From Perna viridis (taxonomy: Eukaryota): DNA of 64,000 nucleotides. The position numbers were made by a program, and so were the translations under genes. The stretch spans positions 29,790,995 to 29,854,994 of the forward strand of contig CM074523.1 of the NCBI GenBank assembly GCA_037379345.1, read 5' to 3'. Below, in pieces: positions 51,121-63,525 of this stretch; position 1 is the stretch's first letter, and each line of letters opens with the position of its first letter. A model generated the notes under the pieces. It was not told the origin of the DNA. It did no database searches and saw nothing but the letters and a program-made list of their open reading frames with translations.

Positions 51121-52096
51121 TGTAAATAGTGATAATAATATTTATATTAAATACATATATATCAATATAACATTTATTAACATTTACACAAACAAAAAAC
51201 TTTACACAAACGATGACACAGATATAGTTACAAAACACACTTAAAACGGGTACAAACATTGGGTAAAGTGTACGTGACCTGATAGCACCTATTGACCTTG
51301 TCTGTGTCAAAGCTTTATAATGATAGACACAAAACATGTGGTCAAGAGCGTGTGCTATTTTACCTGGATATTCACTTTTTTCATCTAAAATAACATTAAC
51401 ATCCGTAAAAAGTGGAAAAATTATTGTTCTGAAGTGACAATGGGTATTAGCCTGAGAAATATAAAAGATGTAAGTTGTGACAATTGCGTATTTTGTGAAA
51501 GATAGCTGTAAGATGAAAACTTTGGAACAAAATGTGATGAATTCGGATTGAACAAGTGTTTCCTTACTCAAAACGAGATAAAAATTATCAATGTGTTCTT
51601 TGAAACGCACCGAGACAGCAAACCCTACAAAGACGTGGAGCTCGAGACACAAACGGATAAAATACTGTGAGTATTTCTCAATTATATAAGTTTCTTCAGT
51701 ATAAGCTAGCAAATATTTTTTGCAGACATCGTGTAACATATGCAAGTACACGTATAAGATGTTATGGAAACACCGATTGAGACAAATATTGTAACCACTT
51801 CTAGATCGGATGAAATATGAAGTGATAAGTAAATTTTCAAAATTTGGTCTTAAATCAGAATTTAAATGGACAGTGTCGTACATACATACTATAAAACGGT
51901 ATAAACAAAAACCCAAATATAGTTTGTCTAGTGCTAAAAATAGAATAGGTAAAATCCAATTTAAAACGTAAACAAACTTCAGCTGTTTTAATAAACGTTT
52001 GTAAACATAAATAGGATATGTGATCTTGACATATTTTATTCTTTCGTTTTTGTTTGTAAACGAATTATTTAACAGGCTATTGTTGGTAAAACTCAT
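51110..52096 (-). CDS. Intact 328-aa hydrophobic ORF of unknown function between Tx1 ORF1 and ORF2
   Basis: 987 bp with no stop codon in very AT-rich DNA, several hydrophobic stretches, and a 3' end overlapping the ORF2 ATG in another frame. Confidence 0.5.
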   Translation of the reverse strand: MSFTNNSLLNNSFTNKNERIKYVKITYPIYVYKRLLKQLKFVYVLNWILPILFLALDKLYLGFCLYRFIVCMYDTVHLNSDLRPNFENLLITSYFIRSRSGYNICLNRCFHNILYVYLHMLHDVCKKYLLAYTEETYIIEKYSQYFIRLCLELHVFVGFAVSVRFKEHIDNFYLVLSKETLVQSEFITFCSKVFILQLSFTKYAIVTTYIFYISQANTHCHFRTIIFPLFTDVNVILDEKSEYPGKIAHALDHMFCVYHYKALTQTRSIGAIRSRTLYPMFVPVLSVFCNYICVIVCVKFFVCVNVNKCYIDIYVFNINIIITIYNGI

Positions 52097-52574
52097 TTCA
52101 CAGTTTTTGTAAATTAAATCAGCTACATAGTTAGAAATAATTAACTCTATTTTGGCAACTCAGTTATTACCACTTTCTATTAAATATTTTGATTTTACAT
52201 TAGAACCTTGTATTGTTTTACATTTTTTCATAGTTTGTAACAACGTAATAAAGTAAGTGCCTGTACGGTACAATTTAATTATAGTGTTACACAACATTAA
52301 AGATATATTGCATACAAAAGAAACACTAAAACAAGTTTTGATTTTCTTTATATTAGAATCCTTCACACAAATATTAATATCATCTCTATGTGAAATATAC
52401 ATCACAATTAAATTCAATACAACAAACTTTAAGAAAAGAATCATTATCTTTTCACAAAAACACAATTCAATGTTTACTCTTTTGAAGAGCTTGTTTTTAC
52501 ATACCATTTTTATCTTTTTTTAAAGTTTTTTTTGGGGGGTTTAATTAAAATTACACTATTACATAATAATTAAC

Positions 52575-53641
52575 CTTTATTTGCTTTTTTACCTTTGTCC
52601 CTCTCCTCAGGTGTTGGAGGAGTGTGTTGATTTTTGTTTCTACCCTTACCATGTTGATTTCTACTTTCTGGAGTGTTTACAGAAGCGTCAATTATACCGT
52701 GAGATTTAACAAAAGAAACAGACTTTTCATTTTTTTGGAAGTGTTTTGATTTCTCCCAGTTCTTGGCTTTTCTTGTTGATGGGGTGTCTTGTCAGATTGC
52801 CCAAAGGCCTGTCCATTTGACTGTTGACCCCCTTTTTCTTTCTGCTGTTGTTTCATTGTCTGTTGTTGTTTTATTGTCTGTTTTTGTTGTTCACATTGTT
52901 CTTGTTGTATCTCAGGCTCATCAGCTTTTGTACTATCATTATCATTTTCACTTAATTCAACATCATCATCATCATCATCTTTACCTTCATTGTCACTAAA
53001 CATTTCTGGTGTTAATGCTTCTGGACAATCCATTTGTCTGTGCCCTGATTCATTACACCTTTTACATTTCCAATCATTTGGACATTCTAGAATCATATGC
53101 CCAGTTTCAAAGCATTGTCTGTAGGCTGGCCACTGTGTAAGACTATAGCACTGTATCTCCCCATTTTCATGAATTTAGGTAGAGGTTCTATAAAGGTTTT
53201 ACACAATAGGATCCTGTCTCCATTTTCACAGTTAGTGAGTCTCCCATCAACTCTGATATGTGCTCTTGTTATGAAATCCACTTTTACTCCTTTAAGTTCT
53301 ATTGTTCTTTTAATAATGCCATCATCAGCACTAAGAGGGACCCCTTTCACAATAACTTTCATTATGGCCAGGTTTGCAGTCAAAGGGTTGTTTGGATTGT
53401 GTGTGTGAATGTTTATTTGCTTGCCCCTCAGCGCAATGCCCTTTGTTAACAACGACAAACGACCTTCCTGGTTGTCCATATATATACGCCACATACGACG
53501 AATACGTTGGATACCTTTGATTGTACATGTGTCTACTACTTCGCTGATAGCCTTGTATATTTCAACATGTGTGACAAATGATTGTTTTTTGGGAATTACA
53601 GAACCAAATATATCACTGTCTTTTACGAAAATTAGTTTCAC
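52575..53641 (-). pseudogene. Tx1 ORF1 (RRM-like region, CCHC zinc knuckles, acidic/Gln-rich tail), 5'-truncated and frameshifted
   Basis: GIQRIRRMWRIY, KVIVKGVPLS, GRLTNCENGDR and CKRCNESGHRQMDC. Confidence 0.85.
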
Positions 53642-55459
53642 AGAATTAGATCACTGAATTTTCAGTGAGTGTGCCATTATTTCATAGTGCTGCTATGCCG
53701 TTGTTGTCGTTTTTCATACCTTTGAAGTAAGTAAAGAGATTTTTTGGATGTTTTTCTGTTTTCATCAGGCTCGCATGCTAGCAAGTCAAATATAAAGTTT
53801 TGGATGTAGCACCAGTAGGCTTTTCTTATATCTTGTGATGATTATTTTATTATGTTTATACTCCTTTGTATATTCTGCACTCTTGTTTTTTTTTCATAAA
53901 GAAGTTTTGATTGGTTAATTTTTTTGTCTGAGTTTGTTGTCAATCCAAGTAGTTTCTTTCTGCTTGTTTTGTGGGATGCTGTCATCAATAGGCTGAGAGA
54001 CAAACTGAAAAACGAGGTGAGCTTCGTAATCGATAGATTTTAAATGACTGACTCTTATTACCAAGTTTTCGATAACGTTTCATAATTCATCAACATTGTA
54101 GAATGCTATTTATTTTGGGAATAAATATTGGCACTTAAACTGTCCTTACCATAAGTAGATCCCCTTAATCTACATATTTCATTGGCTTTGAACAAGTTTT
54201 CAGTTAAGTTCAATATCTCAGAAACTACCCGTAGTTAAGGGTTGATATTTGTTCACTGGATATATCTTGGATAGTCACCAACACATATGTCATGATTACG
54301 AAAATTAGGTCACCCTGAAGTTTTTATGATAGCATGATTGAATTTCCATACCTTAGCAACCACAGTGGTGGAAGTACATGTATGCTTGGTCAGTCAGAAA
54401 GTGGATATAACTTGCTGGATAATAACTAACATCCGCACCAGGATAAAGTCGCCTTGACGTGTATTTTCTGCATAATTGATTTTAAGTTTTTGGTCATTGT
54501 CATCTCAGCAACAAGTTGCAGACAGGTTGACATTTCCAATTAGTCAGTGGGTACATCTTACATATAGGTAGTAACCTAACAAGAAAAAAGTTATCTTGAA
54601 ATATATCTTCCGCAGAATTGATTTGATCAAGTTTTTGTTAATGGCTATATCTATGTTCGTGTTGGATGGGTGCTTAACATTCTGCATATACCACTTGGTT
54701 AACGAGCCTTAAAACATCATCCCTGATCCACTGACCAAATACCATCCAATCTCATATAGCTGTTGAGATATTTCAAGTCAAGTTGAACATGTTACTTAAA
54801 CAACTCATTTGTGTGGCTTTTTATATTTTTTTTGTTTTTTGTTTTTTGAAGAACGACCAAGAACTTCTTTTACCTTTGTGCTTTTAGCTAGAGATCTCTA
54901 AGCATACCCCTAGATGGAATGTGTGACGGGTGGGGAGGAAGAGAGTAACCTTGATGTTTTCCAGAACTTGGAATATGTATTTCATGAGTGGTCACACGTA
55001 CTTTTCAATCGGTATTCCTCCATTTTCTATTGTTTTGATATTTAGGAAACAATACCACACCATGGGAGCCTGAGCAATGAGAAGTGTGTGTAGCTATCAT
55101 ATTACGACGGGGAATTATCACAGGGAAGATGTTTGTAAAAATATATTAGCTACGCACGTTCATGGACAAGGACTTCTTTTTGACCGCTACTACCTATACA
55201 TCTACATCGTTTTTGCGTCCAAAATAACTGTTGTATTTTATTGCGCTATTTTGAATTTTTTTTGGTTGAAACTTTTATATTAAATTGATAATTTATAATT
55301 GCATTCTAACATTGTCGAGGATATTACAGAAATGAAAATTTGCATTTTTCATACTCGTTTGCAAATGTTTTTTACCTGAATATCTACTTACCGTTCAATC
55401 ATAGATACAACATACACTCACATTTTCCATTGTTCAAATTCCCAAGGAGTGAATATGGA

Positions 55460-55712
55460 AACAAGAAAATGAGTCTCTAAGACACGGATGTTCCGCTCGG
55501 CACTTATTTGTGGAAACCCCCTAACCTTTATGCAGTTCATTTGTTATTGTCATGATGAATAAGTGTACAAAATTTCATCAAGATCAGACTTACAGCTCCA
55601 GAGAAATCAACTTAAATGCAAAGCTTAACATAGGTGTGACGGTCGGATAAACGAACAAACATACCGAAATATATATATATCCTACAACAAAGCTTGGGGA
55701 GATAAATAAACA
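55460..55712 (-). mobile_element. Short degenerate HINE-like element
   Basis: AACAAG...GTCTCTAAGACACGGATG at one end, a GACGG/CAAA microsatellite-like tract, and a small hairpin followed by ATAAA at the other end. Confidence 0.4.
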
Positions 55713-55814
55713 AACGAACCAACCAATAAAATCAAATAAAATAAGACAAATAACGCCAATTAGAAGTGATTTTTTGGTTGAAATTCTTATTAACAAGGGT
55801 ATTCATACCAATTT

Positions 55815-57643
55815 TATTTTCTCTCGCTTCAAAAAATGCCTCCTTTATATAATCAATGTAATACATGAGAATTGTAATTTCGTAAGGCGATATATAAATC
55901 AACATTGGAATAAGGATCATCGTTTCTGATCCATCCTATCTCCTCTAATATATTGTTACAAAAATCATATATGTCAACGTCGCATACACGATTATTGTTA
56001 AAAGAACATTCATTCAAACATACGTCGACTTCGTCTTCATTTACTTTATGGATATAATCTTCAGCATCAAGCAACGCTGGCATTCTGTGTAATAGGTATG
56101 ACCTCCCTGAAGATGCGGCTGTTGATGAGTTGTGCCTTATTTTGTGCTGATTCCAATCTGATACAAAGATACAAAAGCTTTTATATCTTTCTAGAAAAAA
56201 TAAGCAAATATTATCAATAATCAGATTACTAATTTCCTAATCCGCTGGGGTAGCTATAAAATGCGAAACGAAATCGAAACGAATCGAAGCGAAATCTATA
56301 AATTGCGAAACGAAACTGTGAAATGCGAAACGAAGGGAAGAAAAAAATCATTATTTTGTCACGTAAGAGTTGAAACGTGTTTCGTATAATTTATCGCTAA
56401 CGCTCATGGTAAAATTTTAGGTATAAATTGACTACCCATAGTATAATCCCCAGAAATTTACCCTTCTATGAATAGACCCTTTTTTGCTGACAATGAGTTA
56501 GTCGATGAGCATGCGTAGAGCATGCTCAATATACATTTCTGCCAGGAAAATTCTTTTGTTCTACCCAAGCCCTACCTCATGGAAGTGTATATTGAGCATT
56601 CTCATCAACTTACCACAAAATTGTCTATTAAGTGTTAAATAAACTATGAAGGAGACGTTATATTGTGCCTGGGAGGTAGACAAATCATTTACAATCACGA
56701 CCAGCATGTACCCCCATAAAACATTATAGAAAATGAATCTAGGATCATTTAGAAATGGGATTTCTCTTGCACTCGCGAAAACTTTTAGAACTTGTAACAA
56801 CTAAGATTTATACATACCTGAATAAGCTCCATAAAATAAAATTGAATTAAGTTGACGTCACGTCCAAGATTGATCCGTTGAAAAGATTATAATGTTTCAG
56901 CAGTTTGAACAGATTTATCCAAAACTCTGCACACTGTTTGCGGAACATTGCCCACAGTGATTCAATTCTCTGATTGTGTGTACTTGAGCCGTAAATATAG
57001 CACTCAACCGAATGGATACTATTTCGGTGGAAGAATCGCTGCATATGTTCAACAAACTTATTTTCTGTTCCAAAGTCACTTCTGACCGATTTCGGGCATT
57101 TCAGTCCTACGACAGCTTCGATATAGTATCCTGCTATAACTTTTGGGTCATTGTTCGTTATTCCAGCCTTCATCCATATAAGTTTTCTAGAAAACTATCT
57201 ATACATCCGTGAATGGTTATGCCGAAAGGTTTGAGTTTATCGTACCCGTCTATATGCCAAATGCTGTTGGGTCCACAAGATATGTACTCTCTGCATTTAA
57301 ACTTGCGTCTTTTCCGAAATTCAACACCTTGCCTATCCAAAGCTTTCACAATAACACGAACGTTCTCCATGCTAATCACTAAGTTGTTCTTTATACACTG
57401 TTGATGAACAAAGCGATATCCATGTGATCCATTTGTTTTTGTCAGAAACGATTGAATAAATTCATAGCATCTTTCTATACTTGATTCTTTGCGTTTATAA
57501 AGCCCAATAGAATTTGCAATTCGACGTAAATGCCGTGTACTAATACAAATATCATGTTGATCCTGAAGTAAAAGCTTCATTTCTGAGTAAGAATATCCGT
57601 GTCGGAAATAGGAATACAGAGATGGAAGCCACCATTTTTCCAT
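55815..57643 (-). pseudogene. IS3EU-type (IS3/IS481-related integrase-core) DDE transposase pseudogene, two coding exons
   Basis: GPNSIWHIDGYDKLKPFGITIHGCID, RSDFGTEN, GSSTHNQRIE. Intron 56817-56191 (CAG|GTATGT ... TTTTCTAG). Exon 2 contains WNQHKIR. Frameshifts near 57190 and 56165. Confidence 0.8.
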
Positions 57644-58320
57644 ATTCTAAGAAAAATCTGAAAAAGGAATATTAATATGTTTACATCGGCGCTGGACTTC
57701 TTGGGTACAGTAAAGCTAAATATACAATAATTTTTTATTGGTAGCAATTAAAACATCTTGAACATTTCTTAAAAAATCGAAAAGATTAATTAATTTGATT
57801 AACAGAACTACCGATAAATTAAATTTGCACATGCATGTGCACCGCAGCATGGAATGCAACCGCCACACATATGTACACTCTAGAGAGTCTGTCTAGAGAG
57901 GAAACATAGCAACTTTCTCCTGCGATAAGTTAAAATGTGCATTTTGATATATATGCTTGATTTTATGTTACATGTACCAATAGCAGAATTTGGACCTTTC
58001 ACAACTTAGTGTTTCGATTGAAAGAGCTTTCTATCTATCAGAAAATCGGGCCATCAGATAGCCGCTCATTGATTTATTTTTTCATTTGCTCTTTTGCGTT
58101 TTCCAAAATAAAAAATATTCATGAGTCCCTTTTCTGCATTCATTTGATCTATTAGCATTCTGCTTTTCGATACATTTTTAAAGTTCTGTCAGCCCTATTT
58201 TGCGTTTCAGTCATTCTACTCCGCTCGAATTCCAGTAAACTATATAACAATTTATTCTATTATTTTTCAATAAAAAAACAAATTAATATATAATTGAATT
58301 AAAATAAAATTAATCACCTG

Positions 58321-58721
58321 ATATGGGGTTCCACAATGCAATATATTTATACACATAATCTCTCATTTTATTTATTTATTTTTTACTATAATTATTTTTT
58401 TTACTTTTGTGAATCATGTACACATATGCTTATGAAACATATCTACCGCGCCGATAGCTCCAGTCGTGTGTAGTATAATGTCGCGTGCGTTCTTCTTAAA
58501 AAAATAAACTCCCAAATAAGTTTATGACATGAGTTTATTTTTTTAAGAAGAACGCACGCGACATTATACTACACACGACTGGAGCTATCGGCGCGGTAGA
58601 TATGTTTCATAAGCATATGTGTACATGATTCACAAAAGTAAAAAAAATAATTATAGTAAAAATTAAATAAATAAAATGAGAGATTATGTATATAAATATA
58701 TTGTATTGTGGAACCCCATAT
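58321..58721. mobile_element. Near-perfect 400-bp hairpin element (~190-bp arms, 19-nt loop), TATGG...CCATA ends
   Basis: 58321-58511 is the reverse complement of 58531-58721 with only a few mismatches. Confidence 0.9.
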
Positions 58722-59068
58722 TTTTTTTATTTTCCTTATTTTACTACTTTGGCTTACAAATACATTTTTTATTTGCTTCTTTGGCTAATCTTAACTGTAA
58801 ATTTTGATTTACATTTACACTTGTTAAATTCTAAAAGTTGACCAATCTAACCAATGATAATCAATCCAGTTTTCAAACTTATAAAACAAATTTGGTCAAC
58901 CCATTCACCAGAAGCATGAGCTGGAACGGTCTCGTGTGGCGTTAGTAAAACTGCGTACTAACGTCGTGTGCTTGCACGGTAAAATATGGGAAATACGCCC
59001 GGCTAGACAAGGCAGTCTAAATTTACGTACACTTTTTGGCTCGGCATAAATTTTTCGGCATTCTAAAA

Positions 59069-61384
59069 GAGGTGTCATCCCAGTTGTCCCACATTTTATA
59101 ATTACAGGTAAAAATCTGTGGGACAAGTGGGAATTGTGTACGTGTTAATTAGTTGTTTTCACACCCTTATTACAATAGGTAATTATGTATAGTCTTTTTC
59201 TGAATATTATCTAATTGTATTATGTAGTATCTATAGATAAATTGTTCCTGAAGTATATTTATTGCTATAAAATATGTAACTTATTATAAAATAAAATAGA
59301 TCTTTTCCAATCCTTTGTACTGATGCCTGGTAACAGAGGGAGATATTCCATGTGGATAGTTTGAATGCATTTTGAACTGTGCTTTTTGATGATGCTTTTT
59401 CCATATTAATATTTTTCTCCTTGGGTGATAATTGAAACAACAATAATATTTTCTAATATTTATTAATTGCTTTATGATATTTATGAAAATAACAAGATTC
59501 ACAAAAATTAACAGAGAATGATAATAATGCACTATTACAGTGTAAAACAAACAGTAAAATGTTCATACACTTCTACCCAAGGTGAATAAGCTGAGATGCT
59601 GCATCAGCATAATTGATAACTGTGATTTCCCCGTTGCGTAGTCTTTGTTTGAGTAGTTGCAGTCTGTTGTTAATATTTCTGTATTTGCGGCGCTTTCTTG
59701 TTGGTAGTCCCCCTGCTCTAATTTGGATGATATTTACTTCATTGGCTGACTGGATCTGCTTGAGATGAGTAATGAATGTGTAGATGTTCGGATGTGCCTG
59801 CTGTATTTGTTTCTTAATCTTGGAATGCCATCCCTCTAAGTGGTTGGTTGTTCTGGATTCATCATGGTCAAAGTGGTTCTAGATTTGCTGATCAGACTCT
59901 ACCCACTGCGTTGTTACATAGTCTGTAAATGGTATTGTGTTGATGTTAATATCGGCATTTTCCAAGTCAGTCAAAGCATTAAACCACACATCATCTACAC
60001 TCTGCAGAGGAACTAAGGGTAGCACTGCTGCTCTGCGTACCAGTGTCTTGATGACTTCATTTTCTTTGTACTGTGTTTGTAGTCCTGATTGCTGTGTCTT
60101 CCTCCAAATACACTGCGTGAAATGAAAAAAACACCCTCGAATTGCAATGTTAGGAAAGACAGTCTTTGCTGCATTGATTGTTGCAGTCTCGAAGTCAAGA
60201 ACAAAAGTTGAAGGCTGAAGTTGAAGTTGCTGGTTTGTGCAGTTGGTATGTACAATACTAAAAAAAACCTTCTGTAAACGTCTTCACTCTTGCCAGGGAG
60301 TAGACCATAAACAAGAGGATACATCTGACCATTTACTTTGCCATGAATTGTGTAGAGTTGAGTAAATACAGAAAGGCAGGTGAAGAATGTACCATCTCCA
60401 AAGATGGTGTCGTTATTGGCTAGTAGTTGAAGATTCTGTTGCGTTGGGAAGACCAATATGCGTTGTCCATTGTTGTCATCTGCAAGAAGGAACTGTTCAC
60501 CAGCTGATGTTTGGGTCCATTGACCTTGTAAATCAATGTCGTTGGTTGATGTTGGCAACTTTGGTAGTAGACGGGAACGTTGTCTATAAAGTATGCTTCT
60601 AGAAGACTGGAATGTTGGTAGTTGTTCAACCATATTTTGTACTTCTTCATTCCATTCAGGTGTTCTCAATTTTGCTACCTCTTCATCATAGAGTTTTGGT
60701 ACAGCTGTTGCTTCTTCTCTACATCTTTTTTTTTGATTGTGTTTAACATCTTTGCTGCCTCTAACTTATATGGCTCTGCTCTGTGGTTGTGTTGAATGTT
60801 GTAACCTACTGGTATGTTGTTTAAGGTTCTTATAGTAGCTGGGCATGTTCTGACAGCACACCGCCAGTAAACCCTTTCTTCACGACGATTCTTTACCTGG
60901 AAACGGTAATTGTTGTGAACAAGACTTTGTCCACCTCTACTGTTCTCTATGAATTCTATGTTTAGCTGTGCATTAGCCATTTTGACTTTGATTCAAGTTG
61001 ACATTTTTACTTTCTATATATACCTCTTTTGAGATGTGTTCACATTGATTTCAACAAGCTGAAGTGGCATGTTGCTCATAAGCAAGCCCACTTAGAAAGA
61101 AATTGATAAGCCAATTAATGTGGTCAGTTATTAAAAGTTATTATATGACTGCTGGTTTAATTAGTTAAAATAATTAACTTCACTTATTATTTTTATTATT
61201 ATTTTTTTTTTTTAATTCCAATCAAAAATATGTATCTACATGTATATGACTAGATGGTGATAGTAGAGTACTAGAAAAAGACTATAACTTTGTCAAAACA
61301 CTAATTAATTATTTGTTGTTATAAGAATCTGGACAACTGGGAATATTGTTTTTTTCAAATGTGGGGCAAATGGGAATCAACCTC
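59069..61384 (-). mobile_element. Mutator-like (MULE) DNA transposon with degenerate TIRs
   Basis: Left GAGGTGTCATCCCAGTTGTCCCACATTT; right, reverse-complemented, GAGGTTGATTCCCATTTGCCCCACATTT. Contains a FLYWCH-MULE transposase. Confidence 0.8.
59560..60980 (-). pseudogene. FLYWCH plus MULE DDE transposase, frameshifted
   Basis: LVHNNYRF...YWRC...CPA...HNH (FLYWCH), GDGTF...QLYTIH, DFE, GCFFHFTQC and RTTNHLEGWH. Shifts fall in or near homopolymer runs. Confidence 0.9.
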
Positions 61385-62857
61385 TAAAAAAGCATACACC
61401 TTTGGTACCTGAAACTCCAACATTATCAATTATTAAATTTGCACTTCATCTTTGGATATTCACTAAACCACACCCATTTGACTCTAAAACGCAAACTAAA
61501 TCACACAGGTCTTCCGCCTTCTTGGTCCGACTGGTTGTCCTTTTGGCTTCTCCATCCAAATTGGCATTTTCCTCCTTTACATGGTCCATTTTTAAATTTC
61601 ATATTTACTATTCACTATTTAATTTCTAACATTGCAGCTATTCATAATTTTTATTACCTTTTTCCTATTTTTTTTTAAACAACTTTTTTTGGTTATAAAT
61701 ACAATTTAAATAAATAGCAAAATTATTTAAAGCCCACCAAATTGGGCCGTCCATGCGAGACCCGACAGGGTAGTCAAGGACGTTAAAAACCCCGTTAGTT
61801 AGTTATATTGTTTTTTTTTTGGGGGGGTTTATTCTTACGTTTATTATTAACACAAACTACTGATACTCTTAGTCATTTTATATCCCTTTGATTTCGATTT
61901 TTTGTCTCTTTCAATTGCATGTTCTATAGTTGTAATTGCAGAGATGCGTATAAGTGTCTAGTTCTTGTTCTCTTAAGCGAAAATTCATGATTTCGTTTTA
62001 TTTCTACATTACCCGATCGACGGAAAACGTTCCAAACGTTCAAAAAGTGAAAGTTCGCTAGACATTTGTTTTGGTCGAATTTTATCCGTTTTTAATGGTT
62101 TAAACCATAGAAAATGAAATATGTGTATTCTTAAGTGTATGTACTAATTATAAAGTGTCATTATTTCATAGAAGAAATTGGCAATGGATTGTAGAATTGC
62201 GTTGGAGCATGACATTTTCTCAACGAATTACATAGAAAATATTGACATCCGACATTTCGCTAGACGTTTTCAAAAAAGATGTAACTTTTTTGTTTGTACT
62301 GGAAATTTCATCAAATGCCGACGTAGAATTGCTGAAAGTATGTACATTTTTGGAAAAATTAATCGGAAAAGAATATTGTGTAAATAAGTTCTTACATTAA
62401 TAACAGAATATGATTACTGAACGCTCTTAGAAATATGACCATTTACCAACACTTTCATTTTTGCATTGAATATCTTTTTTACCTAAAATTAACGCAATTT
62501 TGATAACTATCTCAAAAAGAACACATGAAATTATTCTTCCATGCAAAATTTGGCAAATTTGATACCTTCTGCAATACGCAATTCACTATTTTAGCTTTTT
62601 TGAACCTACTCAGTGTTACACCTGACATAAGGAGTTTTGACTTTTTTTACGGGTTTTTGGAAAGTTTAATTGATTATAAAGAATTAGAAGTACCATTTGT
62701 GACAAATTTTAGAACTTATTATTAGTCCATATTCCAAAAGTATACAGCTTTCACATAATCACAGTTTTGATTTGTATACAATAGTCATTTATAGTTGAGA
62801 TAGGTGTGTTTTTCAACACTGCCGCAGTAGCATGCGCAACGTTATATACTAAAGATT

Positions 62858-63430
62858 CTAGAGAGCTGAATCGCTCACCTGGTTAAACAGATGCATAAAC
62901 TACAGATGGTCAAATACTTATGCAAATTTGCATGAAGAATAGATCTTATTTGATTAAGCTTTTAATGATTTTTTCCTATTTACATTGAAGTAATCTGCTA
63001 TTATTTCCGAAATAATCAGAAAAATGACACTTTTATGAGCTATTACTCTAAAAAGGATCAACAAATTTTTCTGAAATTTTAACAAATGACACACCTTATT
63101 ATTCCAACCATTTTTTCTCAATTACATTAATCATCAGTCTGTCATTGTTTTCTTAATAATCTGCTATAACTGGAAAAATCACCAAGAATTACTCTTTCAC
63201 TTGTCGTAACTCAAAGAAGGATCAACACATATTTCTGAAAAATGCACCAGAAATAGATCTTACAATGCTCAACAATTTTCTAATGTTATTTGAACATCAA
63301 TCTGCTTCCGTTTTCTAAATAATAAGAAAAAACTAGAAAAATTCACAAACAAAAAATGACACTTTCAAGGACCCTAACTCCAATAAGAGTTACATTTTTT
63401 GTCTGAAATTTGAACCAACGATAGATTTTA
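62858..63430 (-). mobile_element. Helentron/HINE-like element fragment with internal ~170-bp repeats
   Basis: Minus-strand end CAGGTGAGCGATTCAGCTCTCTAG. Recurrent TAACTC..AAGGATCAAC...TCTGAAATTT units. Confidence 0.55.
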
Positions 63431-63525
63431 ATGTTTGGGGGTTAGGGAATAGTGGGCTAGTGTGCGTTAAGAGGCGCTTTACCTTTTCGGGATCAATCTC
63501 TTTAAGTCACTGTGACCATCACGTC

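Larger units (their letters stand above)
47127..53656 (-). mobile_element. Near-full-length Tx1/L1-clade LINE with poly(A) tail and 7-bp TSD
   Basis: TSD AATTTTC at 47120-47126 and 53657-53663, poly(T) at 47127-47134, AATAAA signal, and recognisable ORF1 and ORF2. Confidence 0.92.
45720..54000 (-). mobile_element. Degenerate CR1-like LINE, split into 45720-47126 and 53657-54000 by a Tx1 insertion
   Basis: YRPISL, DFAKGFDKVP, WIDDFLSLRTQ, SGV..G..GPILF and LFADD in the left part. Joining the two parts restores the frame GTLTENLFEKANIFNCQF. Confidence 0.85.

Noticed and set aside
48491-53657. Plus-strand ORFs antisense to Tx1 ORF1/ORF2
   Set aside because: Shadow ORFs of the coding strand with no independent signal.
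56247-56340. CGAAA-rich cluster as an IRF enhancer
   Set aside because: It looks like the subterminal repeat of a small element (GGGTAG...CTACCC) inside the transposase intron. There is no evidence of a regulatory role.
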